Assembly: GCF_006345805.1 (NCBI RefSeq)
Contig: NC_043003.1
Span: forward strand, 8,370,001-8,434,000
Reading direction: 5' to 3'
Source of the DNA: Octopus sinensis
Taxonomy: Eukaryota
Length of the DNA: 64,000 nucleotides
Shown here piece after piece: positions 37,650-49,423 of this stretch; position 1 is the stretch's first letter; every line of letters begins with the position of its first letter. The notes beneath the pieces were generated by a model, which saw only the letters and a program-made list of their open reading frames with translations, ran no database searches and had not been told where the DNA came from. A program made the translations under genes and the position numbers.

Positions 37650-38830
37650 CTAATAGCAACATCACTTAGTTTCCTAACCCACGAGTATACAACAAAGAAT
37701 TATTCGTGATTAAATACTGGTTGGTGAAAGTAAATCCCAAATTTATTAACCCGATGACCCTATGCAATATTAACTGTCTCGGAAGAAGTTAATCTAACAC
37801 GAAACTGAATTCTCTGTGAAGTAAAAGTTATGATGTATTTGCTAGGCGTCAGTTTAACTTCAGGCATCATTGTTCATCACCGATCTGCTAATATTGCATA
37901 TATTAACAAACCTTTAAATCAATTACAAAGCGAGTTAATAATTTCTTGTCCAGTTGCTTTCCAAAGCTCTTGCGAATTCATCTACTTCGTAATAACATTA
38001 CGGCTGATCCTCTGTTTAAATTTAATCTCTATATGGTGGCATTTCAGATGGAGTAAATTGGTTAAGTAATTCTATTGTGCGGTGGTCATTATCTGCTTCG
38101 TTATCTCTAACTATCTGATCTATAGTGAAATATGTTTCGATATTTGCTTCTAGCGGTTCGAAGATTTCCTCATTTAGAGAAAGACGGACGGTGTTCTTAC
38201 GAGAAAATATTACACGTCATCGGTTCTCTTCCTCTTCAAATGCTTCTCTAGAAATAGAAATTATTAAAGAATTTTCAATACACGAAAAGAATAGTGAACA
38301 TCATCTGACATCACTGCAGGCATAATTGGAATGGCTCCAATTTAAAGTACAATAACCAATTTGCAAAATCCGTTTGTTCATTTATAGCTCTCATATTTTG
38401 AGTTAGGTGATATTATCAAAAACGCCGACAGAAATGAAATAGTTTGAGGCATATATTAAAACTAGCATCCTTAGAAGAATACACAACACTTGTTTGTAAT
38501 CCCCCCCCCACTCCCGATATTATTATCTTTTCTCTAGAAATACTATCGATAACAAAATTGTCTTGAAAGTATTTATCGGTGGTATGGAACACAAAAGTAG
38601 GTATCATGAATGTTTCATCAATGAGAATCTTTGATGAGATTCTGGATCTCATAAGAATACAGATTTGCTCAAAGACAGGAGATGCAATACAAATGCTTAA
38701 ATCGTTTAAGGATTCTAGTATTTTAAATTACGATAATGTAGCAGCAATGACTTCTTCCAACAGCATCTTCCGCAGCTTCAGCGCAAGCCCTGAGAGAAAG
38801 GATGCTGGTACTTGTCCTCGTCTTGTCTGT
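37650..38830 (-). pseudogene. Decayed PIF1-like helicase domain, probably from a Helitron RepHel
   Basis: Minus-strand pieces ILIDETFMIP (Walker B), KIIISGVGG.DYKQVL, IELLNQFTPSEMPPYR.LNL..GSAVMLLR, PEVKLTPS..FTSQRIQFRVRL, FGIYFHQPVFNH...VVYSWVRKLSDV match the Helitron helicase motif order. Confidence 0.8.
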
Positions 38831-39926
38831 TGTGCAAATTTTATTCCATTTGCTTTGCGGGAGCAACTGTTTTATCGCAAGCGTATATTGTTGTTAAATG
38901 CTCGAAATACGAGACTAGAAAAACAGCCAACAACTGATGACGGGTCGTTTTTTATGTTGTTTGTTTTGTTTTCCATTTGTGTATTTTGTTGTTCGAGAGA
39001 ATAGTTCATCTTCCATGTACTTGTGTTTCGTATTTTTTATTGTACACGTTTCATGACGTCCTGTGCCCACATATGCTTATATATATACGTATAAATGTAT
39101 GTACATATACGTATGTATATATGCATATATGTATATATTATTCATGTTATTATATATGTGTATGTCTGTGTGTGTGTGTGTATGTATGTATGTATTTGTG
39201 TGTCTGTGTTTGTCCCACGCTATCGCTTGATAACCGATGTTGGTGTGTTTACGTCACCGTGACTTGGCGGTTCGGCAAAAGGTACTGATAGAACAAGAAC
39301 TAGGCTTACAAAGAATAAGTCCTGATTCGATTTGGTCGATTAAAGGCGGTGCTCCAGCATGGCCACAGCCAAATGACTGAAACAAATAAAATAAAAAAAT
39401 AAGTACTGCAAGTCGATTAGTTCGACTAAAACTCTTCAAGACGGTGCTCCAGCATGACCACAATCTAATGACACAATCAAGTAAAAGAGAAAGCTATTTA
39501 TTTCTTTGTTGATAGAACTTGGAGCATTTGATTAACGCATGGCACACCTAGCAGCCATTGGACGACCTCGAATCCACGGAAATGAAATCTTTCAGTTTAT
39601 TTATGTTTGTGCAAACTTCACACCTACGCTTATCTATTCAATAATAATCTTCCCACCTTTTCTTTCACCTTTCTACAATCAAAACACCTGAACAGTGATA
39701 CATGTCTGATTTCTGAAACCTAATTATTTTCATAACCCCGTTCGAAAGAAGACGAAACTCAGTTTTTTCTCACTCATACGGTTATACGTCACTTGGAGGC
39801 AATTCTTGTTGCTTTCTTCAGTTTCTTCCCGAAAGAAAGAAGTCAACATTTTGGTAAAGCACCATAGGTTTGTAAGTGACGGTGTATGTGTTTGTATGAG
39901 TGTATAAATCTGCAAAGATATGATTA

Positions 39927-40134
39927 TAGTAATCCTTCGACTATCGCGGTTATTACGTTGCAAAAACCCCGCGCCATAGGTGAAAATCCGCGAAGTAGAA
40001 ACAGTACTGTATTTCTTTTTTATTATTTTTAAAATTTTCATATATTTATTTTATTATAAATGCAAAAACACACCGCGGATGAATCGACGTAAGCTTAAAT
40101 AATAAACCGTGATTGCTGAACCGCGATGATTGTA
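39927..40134. mobile_element. Possible pogo/Tigger-type MITE remnant
   Basis: AGTAATCCTTCGACTATCGCGGTT at left, AACCGCGAT at right. Confidence 0.35.
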
Positions 40135-40542
40135 TCTGTTACATTACATCGACAAAATTACATTTAATGCACGGGGACATTTTGTATCATATCAATTGAA
40201 AGTGGACAACTAATATAAGGATAAATATTTGAAAGTGTTTGTCAATTCTATTTCTATTTTATTTTTCTCCAATTTCCACTTTATTAGATAAATACAAACA
40301 CATTATCATTAATCATATAACACCAATATATATTTACTTTTCGTATTTGCAATTTGTTAAAATAGACTTTTAGAATTAATAAAAGAAGTCTAGTGAATTT
40401 TTTTCAGGTGCTTAAACTAATAATATGCAATTAATATGTTTGTAAATTAATAGTGAAAGCTAAATCTTCAGGAGCACTTTTAATGAATTCAAAAACAAAA
40501 AAAATAAGAGGAATTCACTGAAACATACGAACAGAGTCTCTT

Positions 40543-40765
40543 ATGCTGGAGTACTGAAAAGTTCCTGGCTTTAAGAGTAACGCGAAAGGCCAAAATGAAG
40601 GTTCGACATTCTGATATCTTTTACAAGTTAAAAAAAAAAAAAAATCTGCAGGACCACTGCAATAAGTGTGTGAATCTGAGAAGAGAATATGTTGAATAAA
40701 ATCATAATTAACTGTTCCTCCAGTATTTTCTTTTATTCAAAGCGAGGAACTTTTCAGCTCCATCT
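40543..40765 (+). mobile_element. Internally deleted mariner (MITE)
   Basis: TIR cores CTGAAAAGTTCCTGGCTTT / AAAGCGAGGAACTTTTCAG; internal KCVNLRREYVE* resembles the mariner transposase C-terminus. Confidence 0.6.
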
Positions 40766-40837
40766 ACTTAACACTTTAGCTCTCATTCTTTTCTCTCTTT
40801 CGTGTTCTAAAATTATATTTTACTCAATTATATATAC

Positions 40838-41244
40838 TCTTTTACTCTTTTACTTGTTTCAGTCATTTGACTGCGGCCATGCTGGAGCACCGCCTTTAAT
40901 CGAGCAACTCGACCCTAGGACTTATTCTTTTGTAAGCCCAGTACTTATTCTACCGGTCTCATTTGCCGAACCGCTAAGTAACGGGGACATAAACACACCA
41001 GCACCGGTTGTCAAGCAATGCTAGGGGGACAAACACAGACACACAAACACACGTGCATATATAAATATACATATATATACGACGGGCTTCTTTCAGTTTC
41101 CATCTACCAAATCCACTCACAAGGCTTTGGTCGGCCCGAGGCTATAGTAGATGACACTTGCCCAAGGTGCCACGCAGTGGGACTGAACCCAGAACCATGT
41201 GATTGGTAAACAAGCTACTTACCACACAGCCACTCCTACGCCTA
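40838..41244 (-). mobile_element. SINE family C, full length
   Basis: Close to family consensus. Confidence 0.92.
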
Positions 41245-41753
41245 TATGTATGCTGTTAAAATTTTTAACTTGTCTCAGTCATTAGACTGAGGCCATACTG
41301 GGACACCATACAGCGTTAAGGCTATATGACAGCTAAACGTTAGGAAACCTCTATTTTCTTTATCTTATATTTGTTTTTGTTTGTGGACTGCGGCCATGCT
41401 GGAGTACTGACTTGAAGGGCTTCTTTCTAGTCGAACAAAACGGTCCCAGTAAATAGTGTTTATTTTTTAAAGTCTGGTACTTAATCTACCGAGTCTTTTT
41501 GCCTAAATGCTAATTTGCGAGGACATAAACAAACCAACACTGACTGTCAAGGGGTAGGAGGGCACAAACGCCTGCACAGAGACTCACACAAACAAACACA
41601 ACATACACACACGCACCAAACATACACGCGCGCGCAAACGCATATGTATAATAATAATCGTCAAAGCTTATGTAGGTGTTTATAACCCCAACATCCTAGT
41701 CACATTTAGTGACAATTATAGTTTCTTCCTTTTTGGTAAAACATTGCACACTA

Positions 41754-41804
<51 letters not shown>

Positions 41805-42758
41805 TAATAAATGAAATAAAACATATGCATATATATAAACATATATGTACGTACCTACCTCTACATGTACATATACACGCATATATGAGTACAGGACACC
41901 AAAGGGACGTCGAACACAAAGAGAAACGAAAACATAGACACAAACCAAAGGAACTGGACATTTTTTTAAAAACAACAAAAAATGGAGTACAGGACAATTA
42001 ACAACGAAAAAACCCCTTCTTCAGTCGCTAAGGTTTCATCTACTCTACGTTTCGAAGGATAAAAGCGAGACGTATCTTCGACAAGAAACTTTCCTTCCTG
42101 CGAAAAGCAAATCAATTAAAATTCTGAGATCTTTTCGCAGAGGGGTAAAAAATGGTAATAACATGGTAAAAAAACAGGACAGTAACGACAGTACAAAAAT
42201 ATAAACAGTAAAAAAATAAACAGTAAAAAATATAAACAGTAAAGAAATAAACAGTAAAAAAATATAAACAGTAAAAAAATATAACAGTAAAAGACAGGAC
42301 AGGGAAAAACAAAATAAGAAGGGCTGTTGACGCCGAACGAAAAAAGTATTGCAAACGCAGAATTTTTTGTGAACGACAGGAGAGCAGGAAGAATGTCGTC
42401 CAGTTACTTTGAAAGCCAGGCCAAATAAAACAGTCAGGGCGGAAGTATCGTCGCGGGTGGACGACGGGAAGAGGGGAGGAGGATCAAGAGGAAGGGAGAG
42501 AAGAAGGGGAAAGGCTGCGAGAAGACCATGAAGAATGGTGAGGGGTAGAGAGAGAGTGAAGAATGAGAGAGAGAGGAAGAGACAAGTTAAGTGGGGGAAA
42601 AAGAAAATCAAAGAATAGGGATGGGACAGAAAGGTGAAGAGTGCGCGTGAGAGTTAATATCAAGACAAAAACTTGATATACAGAACAATCTTACTTAAGA
42701 GGGTGCGTGCGTTTAGTCATATAATATATTAATAAATGAAATATATATATATATATAA

Positions 42759-42837
<79 letters not shown>

Positions 42838-42846
42838 CATATATAT

Positions 42847-43095
42847 CAGTTCTATATTTAAGAGATGGTGATTAATGTACATTATTTACAATTGACAGAT
42901 CTTTGTCCTCATCTTGTTTGTTGTTAACACAACGGTTCGGTTGATATACCCTCCAGCCTTCAACCTGGGTACTCATTCCTAAGGTATTTTTCAATATTAT
43001 TATTAATTATTATATTCTATTGCCTGAAATTGAATTCGGAATCTGGGAGTTAGTAGTCCGCGCTCTTAACCATTACGCCATATGACCGTGGGCAA
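42847..43095 (-). mobile_element. Copy of the tRNA-headed HHR element with the ribozyme core deleted
   Basis: Head GCCCACGGTCATATGGCGTAATGGTTAAGAGCGCGGACTACTAAC, short (AAT)n, CCTTAGGAATGAG.., end ATATAGAACTG; segment containing CTGATGA missing. Confidence 0.8.
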
Positions 43096-43290
43096 TTATG
43101 GAGTAAATTTTAGGGGTTATAAATATAATATCTCCTATCCTTCCTTAATACCGGTTCCCAAATGCTGTTCATATCTGCACTAGGTCTGAATAGGAGGTTG
43201 TTGTGTCCTAGCACATGTGCTACTTCTTATAGCTTTTGTATTTTCCAGTGGTGTTCTCTGTCTATTACTTTAACTTCATCCCACAGAGAA

Positions 43291-43325
<35 letters not shown>

Positions 43326-43379
43326 TATATATTATATATATATATATATCTATATATATATATATACATATATATATAA

Positions 43380-43424
<45 letters not shown>

Positions 43425-43465
43425 ATATATGCTTATATGTATATATATAAGCGTATATACACACA

Positions 43466-43530
<65 letters not shown>

Positions 43531-44203
43531 GTGTGTGTGATATGACGAGTTTCCATATAATTTTTGTTAACAAAAATCACTCACAAAGCATCGGTTTTCT
43601 TGGAATCATAGTAGACGGCACCTGTTGTGGGACTGAACACACACAAAAAGTCCTAAACTATGTGGTTGCAAAGTGCGGTTCTAAAACACGTAGCCATGCC
43701 TACACCACTTAGAATATATCGACTGAATATCTGTGAATTTGTGCCAATATATGAAATAAATCAATATTCTAGAAAACGAAGAATTAACTCCAAGATTAAG
43801 ATCGAATTAAAGCTAATTAATGAGAAATATAAAAGTAAATTTTTTTTTCAACAGTTGTAAATGTAATTAATGGAAACGGATAAGAACAAAAATTAGCAAA
43901 TTTAGTCGTTTTTCCTTTAATCCATGAAAACAATAATTTGTACAAAAATTTATTCTAGTTTGGCAGATTTCAATCTAGGGAAGAGTTTCATTGGAAGTGT
44001 ATCATCGGTGCTAACCGTTCTTGAAGTAGATTTTAAATATTCATTTATTTTATTTCATTTTGAATTGTGCCTGTGTTTTTTTTTTTGTTTATTGCCAATC
44101 ATTTCATTAGATTTTTCAGTGAAGCAAAAGTCATTTAGTCAGGTGCGCGTGATTGAGTATACGTGCGTGTGAATTAATGTATGTTAGCATGGTAATGGCA
44201 AGG

Positions 44204-44578
<375 letters not shown>

Positions 44579-44651
44579 ATGTGTGTGTGTAAATGCATAT
44601 ATATAGAGTAAGATTGTTACTTTAATTTTAAAAAAATTAATCGGTCAACAT

Positions 44652-44802
44652 ATAGGCGTAGGAGTGGCTGTGTGGTAAGTACCTTGCTTACCAACCAATG
44701 TTTCCGGGTTCAGTCCCACTGCGTGGCACCTTCTACTATAGCCTCGGGCCGACCAAAGTCTTGTGAGTGGATTTGGTAGACGAAACTGAATGAAGCCCGT
44801 CG

Positions 44803-44859
<57 letters not shown>

Positions 44860-45090
44860 TGTGTGTATGTGTGTGTGTTTTTTGTGTCTGTGTTTGTCTC
44901 TCCAGCAACGCTTGACAACCGATGTCGTTGTGCTTACGTCCCCTTAACTTAGCAGTTCGGCAAAAGAAACCGGTAGAATAAGTACTAGGCTTACAAGGAA
45001 TAAGTCCTTGGGTCGATTCGTTCGACTAAAGGCGGTGATCAAGCATGGCCGTTGTCAAATTCCTGAAACAAGCAAAAGAACAAAAGAATA
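44652..45090 (+). mobile_element. SINE family C, full length
   Basis: Head, internal (TG)n, 3' half. Confidence 0.9.
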
Positions 45091-45218
45091 TTCCCAAGCT
45101 TGCACAGACAGAGACACATTTCTTTGAAAGCCAAAGAATTCTTAGACACAATCCCACACTTACATAAACAAATTCACACTCATATATACATGTGAATGTA
45201 TAGATGTGTTTATATATA

Positions 45219-45558
45219 AGAGGGACATAGGTCATTACTACCAAAATTTCACTAATCATACCTAATGCAGTCTTCGAAGCAGGACATTAAAAAGATGAAT
45301 TTAGTTCTATATCACCTGTGATTTCACACTTAACGCATCAAATACGTCTATGTTCATCAGTAGAACTGATTCTGAACATATCATAAATAAACGATCAATA
45401 TACCTGGCGAAGTCGAACAGACATCTGCTCTCTCCGGCGAAGCACATGGAAATGTTTATAAATCATATATTCGGTAAATGGCGGGCTTTCTCTAACTGCA
45501 TGTCGGTAGTAATGACTTTGGTAGTAATGACTTTGGTCGTAATGACTTATGTCCCTCT
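45219..45558. mobile_element. MITE-like element with AGAGGGACATAGGTCATTAC terminal inverted repeats
   Basis: AGAGGGACATAGGTCATTACTACCAAA / TTTGGTCGTAATGACTTATGTCCCTCT; subterminal GTAATGACTTTGG repeats; TA on both flanks. Confidence 0.6.
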
Positions 45559-45736
45559 TAGTGTGAGGCATTTATGTGTAATAATGCCCTCTATACAATA
45601 TAAATTAATATTTTCAAAAAGAAAAAAAATTATTTTCGAAATTTTTTTCTCTTATGAGGTTTTTCACGCTAACTACCTGATAATTTCTTGTTAAGATTTC
45701 TTATTAAGAAGTTATCCTTAATTGTTAATTTATATA

Positions 45737-45779
<43 letters not shown>

Positions 45780-46154
45780 AAGCAAATTGTACATAGTTAT
45801 CCAGTAAGATTTGGGAATTGAAGGAAAGTAGAATTGAGTTTATCCTCGAATGCGAAATGATAAGAAAAGCACAGCCTTATAGAAATAGTAGATATGGGTG
45901 TGAGCTGTGCTCTATGGAGACATGAAATTTTTAAGCATAAAGATAAAGGAAGCCTGATTAATAATAGATAAGACCTTAGAGTATCATGCGTACATAGTGT
46001 CACCCGTACCTTTAATTTATTTCGAAAGTAGCACTTTATTGATTTTGTGATTGTACTGTCTTTGATGGATATTTACTTTTAATATTTTAGTTTGAAATTA
46101 AAGTACATTGCATTGATTACAATATAATAAAAGCTATATGGTATAGTTAGTTAG

Positions 46155-46393
46155 AAGGCGGCGAGCTGGCAGAAACGTTAGCACGCCGGGCGAAATGCAT
46201 AACCGTATTTCGTCTGCCGTCACGTTCTGAGTTCAAATTCCGCCGAGGTCGACTTTGTCTTTCATCCTTTCGGGGTCGATTAAATAAGTACCAGCTATGT
46301 ACTGGGGTCGATATAATCGACTTAATCCGTTTGTCTGTCCTTGTTTTTCCTCTCTCTGTTTAGCCCCTTGTGGGTAGTAAAGAAATAGAAATA
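46155..46393 (+). mobile_element. SINE family B with 15-bp target-site duplication
   Basis: GGTATAGTTAGTTAG at 46140-46154 and 46394-46408. Confidence 0.93.
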
Positions 46394-47199
46394 GGTATAG
46401 TTAGTTAGTGTGCTAAACAAGGTTAGTATACTATCTACAGAAAATTTTCCTGCCTAGTTGATCAAATTTTATATGATTTTAGTAATTATTTTATCCCTTT
46501 CTTAAAGTGTTCCACTCTCATGATCTTAGTAATAATAAGGGCCTTTTTTGTAAGTGGCACTCCTAATTAAGCACCCCTAAGTAATTACAATATCAGGTAT
46601 GGATTAACACACAAAAAACTTTTAAAACATGTAATATAGCTCTTAGTTTAAAATTAGTATATTGTTAGTATGTCCAACAACATCAATATTCCTTTAGTTA
46701 TTACCAGATAATCAGTCTTTATAAATACAAGCTAAATAAGTAAATAAACAATTTTTAGTTTTAAATACTTCAATTATTATACATTTTCTATAAGTCTTCT
46801 CTATTGATGTTGCTAAGTTGTATATATACTTCATTAGGGTTTTTGGTGATTAAGGTATTTTATTCCTTATCTATTGTGTTTTACCCTACCTGATCATTTT
46901 AAGACTTTTTAATACTTTATAACTGCCTTTAGATAAATATAAATTTTTGTACCCCTATAAATTCATACTTAGCTTATATAAAACAATATGGGTATCTTCA
47001 CAACTTAAAAGTAAACTGCTTAGATTATAATTTAATTAATTATAGTAAATTTATTCTTTCGCCTCAATGCTAAATCTTTTTGATTACCCTAAATTTTAAC
47101 TTTATACAATATGGCTATATTGTTTAAAATAGTTGTAGTAATTACTTTATTTATCCCTTTCTTAGACTCCTGATCTTAGTATATACATTGGCCTTTATA

Positions 47200-47345
47200 T
47201 AAGTAGCCCTTCTAAATAAGTACTCCTTGTCAAGACCTCAGGTATGTTGAATAAAAGAGGAATAGAAAACTTATTGTTACCTCTAACACTTTTAATACTT
47301 CTCCAAAAATCACGAGAGCTTACTTCCTGGAATTTTAAGGTTATT
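47200..47345 (-). mobile_element. Small LINE ORF2 linker fragment
   Basis: SRDFWRSIKSVRGNNKFSIPLLFNIPEVLT resembles the SRDFWR..NSV..K.K..IP.LFNGPEVL linker of APE-type LINEs. Confidence 0.5.
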
Positions 47346-47371
47346 TTGGCACAAGGCCAACTATTTCGGGA

Positions 47372-47785
47372 GACGGGTATGTCCATTAAATCGACTACAG
47401 TGCTCAACTGGTTTTTATTTTATTGACCTCGAAAGGATGAAAGGCAAAGTCAACCTAGGCGGAATTTGAACTCAGAGCGGACGAAATACCGCTAAGCACT
47501 TTGCATGGCGTCTTAACGATTCTGCCAACGCCACGACAGATGAGTGAAATCGGTCTCAGTGGCAGATTGCTAAATAATCTTTTCTGCTATAGGCTCAATG
47601 CCTGCATTTTTGTGGGGAGGAGAGCAATCGATCAGATAGACCCCCAGTACTTGACTGGTACTTAATTTATCGACCCCGAAAGAATGAAAAGCAAAGTCAA
47701 CCTCGGCAGAATTTGAACTCAGAACGTAGCGACAGACGAAATACGCATTTCACCCGGTGTGCTAACGATTCGGCCAGCTCGACCT
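47372..47785 (-). mobile_element. Two adjacent SINE family B copies
   Basis: Two GGCGGAATTTGAACTCAGA-containing units, reverse orientation. Confidence 0.85.
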
Positions 47786-47947
47786 CTTCAGCGTGCTAAA
47801 TAATAATATGTTATTCTGCTTCCATGGCTGTTGATGTTTGGGTCAAGCAATGCTCTGACTCAGCAAGCATATGATCGTGGGCGTCGAACCGTGACTATCC
47901 CGACTGACACCACGGCATTGTGTACATAGAAATACATTAATGATTAC

Positions 47948-48127
47948 ATTCAGTTTCGAGACAAAAGGGTACAATCTGAATAAGATCTAACCGGCATTGT
48001 TCCATAGTCACATCTCCCAGTGGCGTAAATGTCATATTGTGAAGTAATCTGTTGAACGTTGGGATTACAATCGATGTTGTGGAACGGTGAATTGAAGTGG
48101 AATCATATGTTTGCTTGCTGTTAATGA
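47948..48127 (-). CDS. Candidate symmetric (phase 1-1) 180-nt exon
   Basis: Acceptor TTTTCGTTTTATGCTACAG, donor T|GTAATC, only one open frame INSKQTYDSTSIHRSTTSIVIPTFNRLLHNMTFTPLGDVTMEQCRLDLIQIVPFCLETE. Confidence 0.3.
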
Positions 48128-48263
48128 CTGTAGCATAAAACGAAAACGTAAAGCATACAAAGGGAACCTACAAGGGTTTTGACCTGCAAGAAAGAGGAGT
48201 CAAAAATCATACTCTATCCTTTGACAAAACGAAGGATAATCTGCATTATATTAATTAAATTTA

Positions 48264-48814
48264 CAAGGGTGAGTTAAAAAGTAATGCCATTTCGTTTAGG
48301 ACAGGTATAATTACCAACACAGGAACATGTATAATACATCAAAATGAAGCTGGTCCCCTGTGAATCACATCCCTACTTCTCAACATAGTCACCATTTCTC
48401 TCAATAGCAATGTTCCACCTTCGAATGAGAGCATTTATCTCTGCCCCATAAAATTCTGTTGACTGTTCTTTGAGCCACTTCTTCACTACAGTTTTCACTT
48501 CCTCATCACTGGAATAATGTTTGCCTCTCAAACCCTCTTTCATGGGGCCGAAGAGATGATAATCCAGTGACGAAGAAGTGAAAACTGTAGTGAAGAAGTG
48601 GCTCAAAGAACAGTCAACAGAATTTTACGGGGCATGGATACATGCTCTCATTCGAAGGTAGAACATCGTTATTTTGCCAGAAACGGTTACTATGTTGAAA
48701 AGTAGGGATGTGATCCACAGAGGACCAGCTTCATTTTGATGTGTGATACATGTTCCTGTGTTGATAATTATACCTGTCCTAAACAAAATGGCATTACTTT
48801 TTGACTCACCCTTG
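48264..48814. mobile_element. Mariner fold-back made of two inverted 3' ends
   Basis: TIRs CAAGGGTGAGT(T/C)AAAAAGTAATGCC with TA duplication; left arm encodes (minus) DYHLFGPMKEGLRGKHYSSDEEVK...RNGDYVEK; right arm repeats DEEVK..YVEK on plus; extra TIR start at 48824-48843. Confidence 0.92.
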
Positions 48815-49009
48815 TATATTATACAAAGGTGAGTCAAAAAGTACTTCTGGTGGGTTTTTACCTCTACATTTCGTTCTGCACTAATATAGACACTCAATAA
48901 AAATTTTACATTTGTTCAGCATATTGCAGTCTAGGATTCTAGTCACCTTTCTTCTTCTTCTTCTTCTTCTTCTTCTTCTTCTTCTTCTTCTTCTTCTTCC
49001 AGTACTATA

Positions 49010-49282
49010 ATAACATCAGGAGTAATTGGTGCATTGGGAATGATAAAGAAAGGAGCTGAGAAGTATATTAAGCAACTCCCTGGTAACTCCAATGTCCGTG
49101 ATCTTCAAAAGATAACCTTGATGGGCAGAGCCCATATACTAAGGGAGGTAGTCTCTACATCTGAACTGGAATAAATGTGGTGATAATAAAAAGCAAAACA
49201 AAAGTGCCCTTGCTACTCTTGGCCTCCGGAGGGTGCCCGGTACTAAGGCAGCTGAAATAACATTATAATGAAAGAAAACCAT
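49010..49282 (+). mobile_element. Severely 5'-truncated R4/Dong-type LINE (3' end only)
   Basis: VIGALGMIKKGAEKYIKQLPG...LQKITLMGRAHILREVV then 3' UTR ending in (AAT)n. Confidence 0.8.
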
Positions 49283-49359
49283 AAATAATAATAATAATAA
49301 CAACAACAACAACAACAACAATAATAATAATAACAATAATAATAATAACAATAATAATA

Positions 49360-49422
<63 letters not shown>

Positions 49423-49423
<1 letters not shown>

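Noticed and set aside
42045-42611. 188-aa hydrophobic minus-strand ORF
   Set aside because: Arises from purine-rich low-complexity and (AAACAGTAAAAAAT)n repeats; no recognisable domain
46410-47225. Possible mitochondrial insertion (NUMT)
   Set aside because: No recognisable rRNA, tRNA or OXPHOS protein motifs in the frames I read
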